Source of the DNA: Verrucomicrobiota bacterium
GTDB lineage: Bacteria > Verrucomicrobiota > Verrucomicrobiia > CAIQCK01
Direction: 5' to 3'
Length of the DNA: 64,000 nt
Assembly (NCBI GenBank): GCA_016235595.1
Contig: JACRJX010000008.1
Span: 105,092 to 169,091 of the forward strand
Made by a program: the position numbers and the translations under genes. Shown here piece after piece: positions 57,510 to 64,000 of the stretch. The notes beneath the pieces are model-generated. The model searched no databases, was not told the DNA's origin, and worked only from the letters and a program-made list of their open reading frames with translations. Numbering within the stretch: position 1 is the stretch's first letter; each line of letters begins with the position of its first letter.

Positions 57510-58247
57510 TCAAACTGGCGTGAGTTCGTGGCGAATGATGCTCAGTGCATAGAGCGCCGCGGTTTCCGCACGTAATACAAGGGATCCCAGAGACAACGGT
57601 GCGCAACCGGCCGACTTGGCCAGGTTGATTTCCGCAGGCGTAAAATCACCTTCCGGCCCGATCAGAATCAGCACAGACATGGGCGCGGAAATTCGCGGTG
57701 AATCTGCAAGAATCTTCTTCAAAGGGCGCGAATCCGGCTGGAGAGAGGCGATAAGTTTCAAGTCGAAGCTCTTCTTTTGTTCTGCCAGATCCGCGAGGAA
57801 ATCACGCGCTTTCAGCGGTGTCTGCAATTCCGGAAGCCAGTTGTTGCCGCTTTGCTTGCAGGCTTCGAGGCAGATGGCCCTCCAACGTTCGAGCTTTTTC
57901 GTGTCTTGCTCGTCGAGCTGAACGATCGTGCGCTCGGAGATGAGAGGCAGGATGGAAAAAACCCCCAGTTCGGTGGCTTTCTGAAGGATCAGATCCATGT
58001 TTTTCTTCGGCACCGCTTGCGCCAGCGTGATGCGGCATGGCAGCGGGAATGTGTTGCCTTTCACGAGCAATTTGAGATGGATGGAGTCGGCGCTGATTTC
58101 GCGGACGGCGCATTGCGCCTCATGACCGCGACCGTCGAAAACGTTGACCGAGTCACCCTCTTTGAGTCGCAGAACGTGAGTGGCGTGGTGAGCTTCGCCT
58201 CCGGAGAGGACGAGATGCTCCAAGTCTGGCAGATAAAATCTGTGCAT
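57510..58247 (-). CDS. rsmE: 16S rRNA (uracil1498-N3)-methyltransferase
   Basis: 'MHRFYLP', 'HHATHVLRLKEGD' and 'LIGPEGDFTPAEI'. Start at ATG 58247 within ORF 57510-58265. Confidence 0.85.
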   Translation of the reverse strand: MHRFYLPDLEHLVLSGGEAHHATHVLRLKEGDSVNVFDGRGHEAQCAVREISADSIHLKLLVKGNTFPLPCRITLAQAVPKKNMDLILQKATELGVFSILPLISERTIVQLDEQDTKKLERWRAICLEACKQSGNNWLPELQTPLKARDFLADLAEQKKSFDLKLIASLQPDSRPLKKILADSPRISAPMSVLILIGPEGDFTPAEINLAKSAGCAPLSLGSLVLRAETAALYALSIIRHELTPV

Positions 58248-58381
58248 GGGCCGATTGTGAGGCAATGGCTGCGGCGATTCCAGCCGGGAGTTTGAACTGC
58301 GGTTTGGAAAACGTAGCGCTCTTGGTCCACTGGAACATGCTGGACGGCGGATGACGCATGTCGCAGGATGCCGAAAACGCC

Positions 58382-60241
58382 ATGAACACCCGCCTGATTC
58401 TTCTCCCTTTCATGACCGGCGCGCTGCTGATCGGCGCATTCACGACATCCATCGCAGCCGAGACCGACACGTTGAAGACATTGCGGCGCGAACATCCGCG
58501 GTTGCTGGTGCTCGATGCGGACCTGGCGCGCGTCCGCGAAGCCGTCAAGAACGAGGGAGTCGCGCGCCAATGGCACGAACGGCTTCTGGGCGACGCGGAG
58601 AAAATGCTGAAGGAACAACCGATCGAACGCAAATTGATCGGTCCCCGGCTGCTCGACAAGAGCCGCACTGCATTGCGCCGAGTCAGCACGCTCGCGGGCC
58701 TCTATCGGCTCGGCGGCGATAAACGCTTCGCTGAGCGCGCTCGCAAGGAAATGCTCACCGCCGCCGCGTTTCAGGATTGGAATCCGAGACATTTCCTCGA
58801 CGTGGCCGAGATGACCTGCGCGCTGGCCATCGGCTACGACTGGCTCTTTGACGTCCTGTCGACAGAGGATCGCGCCACGATCCGCACAGCTATCATCGAG
58901 AAAGGTCTGAAACAGTCGCTGGCAACCTATGGCAAACAACACTGGTGGGCGAAATGCGAACACAACTGGAACCAGGTGTGCAACGGCGGCATGACCGTCG
59001 GCGCGCTTGCCATCGCCGATGAGGAGCCGGCGTTGGCCGGGCAGATCATCGCCAATGGTCGCGCCTCCATCGTTCTGGCCATGAAGACGTTCGCGCCCGA
59101 CGGCGGCTGGCCGGAAGGGCCCGGCTATTGGAGCTACGCCACCAGCTACAACGTTTTCTATCTCGCCGCGCTGGAAACCGCGCTTGGCACCGATTTCGGT
59201 TTCAAGAAGATGGTGGGCTTTGCCGAGACAGGTTCCTTCCGGATTCAATTCACCAGCCCGATCGGCTCGACGTTCAATTACGCCGATGCCGGCGAGAAGA
59301 CGGGCACCGCGCCACAGATGCTCTGGATGGCACGGGCGATGAATCAGCCGATCTACGCCGGCCATGAACGGGCGATGGCTGATAAACATCCTAACATATT
59401 CCATCTGTTATGGTTAGACAACCGTGGACGCGCGCCACAGGATGATGACTTGCCGCGTGCCACTGTCTATCGTGGGGTGGATGTTGCTTTCCTCCGGAGC
59501 GCGTGGGGCGACCCGAATGCCATCTTCGTCGGCTTCAAAGGCGGCGACAACAAGGCCAACCACAGCCATCTTGATCTAGGTTCATTCGTGCTCGACGCGC
59601 TCGGCGTGCGCTGGGCGCTCGACCTCGGCAGCGACGACTACAATCTTCCCGGTTACTTCGGGAAGAAACGCTGGAGCTACTACCGCCTTCGCACGGAGAG
59701 CCACAACACGCTCACGCTTGATGGCGAGAACCAGGATCCGCACAGTGCCGCGCCGATTGTCGCGTTCGTATCGACGCCGCAGCGATCATTCGCTGTCGCC
59801 GACATGACTGCCGCCTACAAACCGAGAACCACTCGCGCCTACCGCGGTATCGCGTTGCTGGATCGCAAGCGGGTGCTGGTTCAGGACGAACTCGAAACGT
59901 CGCAGCCAGTCGAGGTCGTTTGGAATTTTCTTACCAAGGCGAAGATCGAAGCCGACGCCGACCGCGCCACGCTCACGCAGGGCCGTGCGAAACTCGAAGT
60001 GCGTATTCTTTCGCCGGCGGGAGCGAGGTTTGAAGTCATTTCCGCCAACCCACCGGCACCGCAACACCAACAACCCCACGTTCACAACCTCACCGTCCGT
60101 CTGCCAGCGAAGACAACACAGACCCGCATTGCTGTGTTGCTCTCACCCGGTGGCGGCACCGAGGTAGCGCCGAAGCTGGAATCGCTTCAAACTTGGATCG
60201 CCGCCGGCAAGCTTCCGCCGAGCGGGGTAAACAAGGAATGA
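58382..60241 (+). CDS. Heparinase II/III-family polysaccharide lyase-like protein
   Basis: Signal peptide, N-terminal alpha/alpha toroid region, and C-terminal 'GGDNKANHSHLDLGSFVLDALGVRWALDLG' typical of the heparinase II/III domain. Confidence 0.7.
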   Translation: MNTRLILLPFMTGALLIGAFTTSIAAETDTLKTLRREHPRLLVLDADLARVREAVKNEGVARQWHERLLGDAEKMLKEQPIERKLIGPRLLDKSRTALRRVSTLAGLYRLGGDKRFAERARKEMLTAAAFQDWNPRHFLDVAEMTCALAIGYDWLFDVLSTEDRATIRTAIIEKGLKQSLATYGKQHWWAKCEHNWNQVCNGGMTVGALAIADEEPALAGQIIANGRASIVLAMKTFAPDGGWPEGPGYWSYATSYNVFYLAALETALGTDFGFKKMVGFAETGSFRIQFTSPIGSTFNYADAGEKTGTAPQMLWMARAMNQPIYAGHERAMADKHPNIFHLLWLDNRGRAPQDDDLPRATVYRGVDVAFLRSAWGDPNAIFVGFKGGDNKANHSHLDLGSFVLDALGVRWALDLGSDDYNLPGYFGKKRWSYYRLRTESHNTLTLDGENQDPHSAAPIVAFVSTPQRSFAVADMTAAYKPRTTRAYRGIALLDRKRVLVQDELETSQPVEVVWNFLTKAKIEADADRATLTQGRAKLEVRILSPAGARFEVISANPPAPQHQQPHVHNLTVRLPAKTTQTRIAVLLSPGGGTEVAPKLESLQTWIAAGKLPPSGVNKE

Positions 60242-60260
60242 AGTCGTTGGCGAAACGTCC

Positions 60261-61025
60261 TTAGTGCCGTTGGTGCAACAAGAACCACTCGTAGAGTTTG
60301 GGATTGTTGTAGGTCTCCGTCCACGCGTCGTGGTTCGCTTCGGGGTAGATCGTGAGTTCCACTTCGCGACAGCCAGCCTTCTTCAGCATCTCCACCATCC
60401 GTTCTGACTCCGAAAGCTTGACCACTGAGTCTTTGCGGCCGTGAAACGCCCACACACCCAGCGTGGCAAGTGCTGAGGCCTTATTCGAATCCGTCAGTCG
60501 CGTTGGAATCCAGTCGCCACCGCCGCAGATTGGCGCTATTGCTGCAAACCTTTCCGGATACGCAACACCCAAACGCCACGTGCCGAAACCGCCCATGCTC
60601 AGGCCGGTGAGATAGACTCGGCTCTTGTCCACGCGGTATTTCAGCATCACTTCATCGAGCAACGCCATGAGAGCATCGTTATCCCAGCGTTGCCCAGTGG
60701 GACACTGCGGCGAGAGTACGATGAACGGGAAGTCAGTCTTCTCGCGCACGATCTTTGGCGGCCCTTGGACGGCGACTTTCCAGACGTTGGTGCCGCGAGA
60801 GCCTGCGCCGTGCAGGAAGAGAATCAGCGGATACTTTTTCTTCGTGCTGGCCCGCTCGCTATAGTCCTTCGGCAGAAACAACAGGTAGTCGAGCTTGACG
60901 GTGCGCGTGATCTGCTTTCTGAACGACTTGGCACTTTGCACCGAGTCAGGTCCAGGCTCGGGAGTGGCACCGTAGGCACTGGTAAAAGCGAACAACAATG
61001 CAAACAGGAGGATGTTCTTGTTCAT
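60261..61025 (-). CDS. Secreted alpha/beta hydrolase (carboxylesterase / dienelactone-hydrolase-like)
   Basis: Start at MNKNILLFALLFAF (ATG 61025). 'LFLHGAGSRG', 'GLSMGGFG' and 'FHGRKDSVV'. Confidence 0.75.
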   Translation of the reverse strand: MNKNILLFALLFAFTSAYGATPEPGPDSVQSAKSFRKQITRTVKLDYLLFLPKDYSERASTKKKYPLILFLHGAGSRGTNVWKVAVQGPPKIVREKTDFPFIVLSPQCPTGQRWDNDALMALLDEVMLKYRVDKSRVYLTGLSMGGFGTWRLGVAYPERFAAIAPICGGGDWIPTRLTDSNKASALATLGVWAFHGRKDSVVKLSESERMVEMLKKAGCREVELTIYPEANHDAWTETYNNPKLYEWFLLHQRH

Positions 61026-61476
61026 AGGAATGTGGAATATGTTCAGCGCCAGAATTATACAGATGTGACACATAGCGGCAAGATGTTTGCGCGTCATATT
61101 GTTGAATGGTCTGCTATCACGCCAACGGGTTGAGTCAGAAATCGAGCAACGGCAGACAAGTGGCGGAGTACCAAGCGATCCATCGTAGACGGAGGGCAGG
61201 ACACTCGTTCGCGCCGCCGCAGAATCTGGATCGCGTCGTCGCTCGTGACTGTACGAACATGGAGACTCACGGCCCAAACCAACGACCATAACAAACAATA
61301 ATGTAACCTGCTACAATTGGATGTCATACTGCACTGGTAAGTTGATAATTACAGTATTATGACCCAATGGAGGCGTTGTTGAGGCAGAATCAGAATACGC
61401 CAAGTCGGAGATCATTGGTTCACATCTGCGAATGAACCGAAAGGCAAGTTGCGCGCCTCATACGGCCCATCCATGA

Positions 61477-61498
61477 CATGCGTTCCACGTGGAACATT
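61477..61498. repeat. Palindromic site copy 1 (catgcGTTCCACGTGGAACatt)
   Basis: 14-bp perfect palindrome GTTCCACGTGGAAC. 22-nt repeat with 2 mismatches compared with copy 2. Confidence 0.85.
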
Positions 61499-61681
61499 CG
61501 GTTGAGTGGTCTGCACAACTCTGGAAGTTGGTTTGGCGAGAGTGCTGCTTGGCTAGAGCTACTGTTTCATATCCACGGTCGGACCATGTAGCGACTGGCG
61601 GACATATCAGAGAACAGCACAGGTCGGATTGGTTGGGCGGTGCCATAACCTCAATGCGGAGTTCCAGTGACACGCCAACGA

Positions 61682-61703
61682 CATGTGTTCCACGTGGAAC
61701 ATG
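61682..61703. repeat. Palindromic site copy 2 (catgTGTTCCACGTGGAACAtg)
   Basis: 16-bp perfect palindrome TGTTCCACGTGGAACA, 205 bp from copy 1. Confidence 0.85.
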
Positions 61704-62006
61704 TGGCAGTGGTTTCCTCAGTTGATACGGGCGAGCTTCTTCCAGAATGTTGTCCAAAGAAAGACAGGTTCACTGGCCAGTCGTCATATCAATCGGGAGA
61801 TATCAGTGTCGGCTGTGGTATCCACAGACGAACAATCAACAGGGCAGGACAACTCAGTCTGCAATGTTCTCCAACTATATATGTTGCGTAAGTATTTCTA
61901 CTGTAAATAGATACGTTGTTATAACTGTAACATACAACCGCCCGAGTTCAAGCTGCTGTTCACCCCAAACATGACACGGCACCGGAGTCTACGGATCCCA
62001 TCAGAA

Positions 62007-62900
62007 CTAGCCGTCCAGAATCACCCTCCGTGGCGAGCGTCCGTGCCATGCCTTGAACGCGCGCGAGAAATGCGCTGGCGATTTGTAGCCGAGTTCGGCG
62101 GCCACCCGCTTGACCTGCGTGCCGGGCTGCCGCAATCGCAAGACCGCTTGAGAAAGCTTCAGCCGTTGGAGACACGCCAGCGGCGTTTCCTTGTCGAAGC
62201 GTTTGAACAATCGCGTCATGTAAGCGGCGCTGACGCCACAGTGTTTCGCGACGGCCGCGGCGGAAACCAGCAGCGGGTAGTTGCGCAGGAGATGGCCGCG
62301 GCAGCGCAGGTAGGTGGCGCGGGCGGGATTGAGTTGCGCGCTCGGATGCCGCAGGCTTTCGGCGCACAACGCTAGCGCGTGTTCGAGCGCGGCGGCGGCC
62401 GCCTGCAGACTTGTCGGCCCGCCTCCCAATGCATGGTCGATGACTTCTTCGAGCAGTTCCGTCATGCGCCGCGCATCCGCCACGCGAACCACGGTGCCGG
62501 AGACGAGACCCGCGGCCGCAACCAGCTTCCGTCCGCGGGCGCCTGTGAAGTTGAAGAAATATTTCACCATCGGGTCCGCGGGATCGGAGCGGATGACATG
62601 AGGCGTATGCGGGTCAAAGAAAAACGCATGGCCGCTGTTGAGGTCGTAGTGCTTGCCTGCCAGCTCCAGCTTGCCTTGGCCGCGCGAGACAAACTCAAAC
62701 GCCAGAAACGGAAACCGCTGCCGGTCAATCAGGAAGTCCGGCGCACACCACTCACAACCGCCGCCCACCAGGCAAATCCAGGACTGATCCCGGATATGTT
62801 TGCGCCAGTTGGGATCGTAGAAGCGGCGCGTCCGCGCCACCTGTGTGGAAAAATAATAGGCCGTATCGAGAACGCGGTACATGGTTTGAAAATGACGCAT
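62007..62900 (-). CDS. AraC-family transcriptional regulator (cupin sensor + HTH)
   Basis: C-terminal 'VAKHCGVSAAYMTRLFKRF' and 'VAAELGYKSPAHFSRAFKAWHGRSP'. Confidence 0.88.
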   Translation of the reverse strand: MRHFQTMYRVLDTAYYFSTQVARTRRFYDPNWRKHIRDQSWICLVGGGCEWCAPDFLIDRQRFPFLAFEFVSRGQGKLELAGKHYDLNSGHAFFFDPHTPHVIRSDPADPMVKYFFNFTGARGRKLVAAAGLVSGTVVRVADARRMTELLEEVIDHALGGGPTSLQAAAAALEHALALCAESLRHPSAQLNPARATYLRCRGHLLRNYPLLVSAAAVAKHCGVSAAYMTRLFKRFDKETPLACLQRLKLSQAVLRLRQPGTQVKRVAAELGYKSPAHFSRAFKAWHGRSPRRVILDG

Positions 62901-63116
62901 TCACCGGTGCGAGGTCAAGGATTGTCAAGTGCAGGGCAAGAATGTTCATGCGGATTCGTTTGTTATCCGCACCACGGTTTCTATGATATGAACACGGTGA
63001 TCCCATTGGCTCGAAGGAAGCGGAGAAGCATTTCACCGATTGCATTGGACGATGGAGACGGTTCGGAACATAAGATGGGAAGTCAAACATCGGTATTACA
63101 AGGAGACCTGTAGAAA

Positions 63117-64000
63117 ATGAAATCACTCACCTGCCTTTTCACGCTGTCATTGGCGTTCGCTTGGTGCGGCATTCAACGTTGCCCCGCAGCCGACGGGCCG
63201 TTCAACGGGCTCGACGTCAACCTCGGCAACCTCTATCGCACCTCGAAGGCGCAAACGCGTTCCATCAGCCCGGAAAATTTCACCGGCGAAAAAGGCAAGG
63301 CCGGCATGGCCACCGAGGGCACTGGCAAGAATTGCGCCCGCGACCTGGGCGTGGGCTGGAAGGTCTCGCCATCAGTTCGCATCAAGGCTAAGACGACTTT
63401 CACCCTCGGCGAGATCAAGGGTCCCGGCTGCATCCAGCAAATCTGGATGACACCCACCGGCAACTGGCGGCATTCCATCCTCCGGTTCTATTGGGACGGC
63501 GAGACCGAGCCGTCGATCGAATGTCCCGTCGGCGATTTCTTCGCGTGTGGCTGGGGCAAGTATTGCCAGATCAACTCGCTGGCTGTCTGCGTCAACCCCG
63601 GCAGCGCGTTCAACTGCTATTGGCCGATGCCGTTCCGCAAGAAGGCGCGCATCACGATGGAGAACACCGATGCGAAGGACATGACGCTCTACTATCAGAT
63701 CAACTACGCCCTCGCCGAACTGCCGAAAGACGCCGCCTATCTGCACGCGCAATTCCGGCGCGAGTCGCCGTTGAAGACCAAGGGGCTCTACACCATTCTC
63801 GACGGCGTGACCGGGCGCGGCCAATACGTCGGTACCTACCTCGCGTGGGAAGCCCGCAGCAAGGGCTGGTGGGGTGAAGGCGAGATCAAGTTCTTCCTGG
63901 ACGGCGACAAGGAGTTCCCGACGATCTGTGGCACGGGAACGGAGGACTACTTCTGCGGCTCCTACAATTTCGAGAATCGCGAGACGAAGAAATACCAGGT
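63117..64000 (+). CDS. DUF2961 / GH172-family glycoside hydrolase-like protein (3' end beyond the window)
   Basis: Hand-translated open frame from ATG 63117 to the window edge; it is absent from the ORF track because it has no stop. Signal peptide, 'SISPENFTGEKGKGG-like' region, 'GPGCIQQIWMTP', 'LRFYWDGE', 'GEGEIKFFLDGDKEFPTICGTGTEDYF'. Confidence 0.8.
   Translation, partial: MKSLTCLFTLSLAFAWCGIQRCPAADGPFNGLDVNLGNLYRTSKAQTRSISPENFTGEKGKAGMATEGTGKNCARDLGVGWKVSPSVRIKAKTTFTLGEIKGPGCIQQIWMTPTGNWRHSILRFYWDGETEPSIECPVGDFFACGWGKYCQINSLAVCVNPGSAFNCYWPMPFRKKARITMENTDAKDMTLYYQINYALAELPKDAAYLHAQFRRESPLKTKGLYTILDGVTGRGQYVGTYLAWEARSKGWWGEGEIKFFLDGDKEFPTICGTGTEDYFCGSYNFENRETKKYQ

Noticed and set aside
61458-61757. 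99-aa minus-strand ORF spanning both palindromes
   Set aside because: Its ends are defined by the palindromic repeats, it is Cys/His-rich with no family resemblance, and overlapping ORFs occur on the other strand.

Overview
High-GC (about 60%) bacterial chromosome segment. The gene content and repeat families suggest a PVC-group or Verrucomicrobiota-like organism, but that is inference only. It spans the replication-origin neighbourhood (glnA - DnaA-box cluster - dnaA - dnaN). Most of the window is housekeeping or transport: TPP-riboswitch-controlled thiC, an orphan flagellin, an ABC-F ATPase, dctA, a sulfur-assimilation cluster (metY, yezD-like, cysK, rhodanese, glutaredoxin), a MacAB/HlyD-type efflux operon, pgk-tpiA-secG, a five-gene Opp/Dpp-type peptide ABC operon, rsmD, a 5'-nucleotidase, ppx, an ECF sigma/anti-sigma module beside a LolD-like ATPase and a giant FtsX permease, two tandem porin paralogs with a sigma-54 promoter upstream of glnA, rsmE, and glycan-degradation genes. 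No rRNA, tRNA or CRISPR array was found. The strongest candidate for a new system is a low-GC island (about 19.2-23.7 kb, minus strand). It encodes a 985-aa protein with a SAMHD1/EF1143-type HD dNTP-triphosphohydrolase domain fused to about 550 aa of unrecognised sequence, followed 58 nt later by an ImmA/IrrE (M78) HExxH metalloprotease. This could be a dNTP-depletion anti-phage module. The second notable signal is a set of inverted arrays of degenerate 7-nt repeats filling intercistronic spacers of three ABC operons; one array pair carries a four-helix-bundle (23S-rRNA-IVS-type) gene. Also present are a 330-bp MITE-like element with perfect 20-bp terminal inverted repeats, REP-like hairpin pairs, LPP20-like repeat proteins, a DUF4238 low-GC insertion, and a palindrome pair in a roughly 1-kb non-coding tract. 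Many long ORFs in the track are antisense high-GC artefacts and were rejected.
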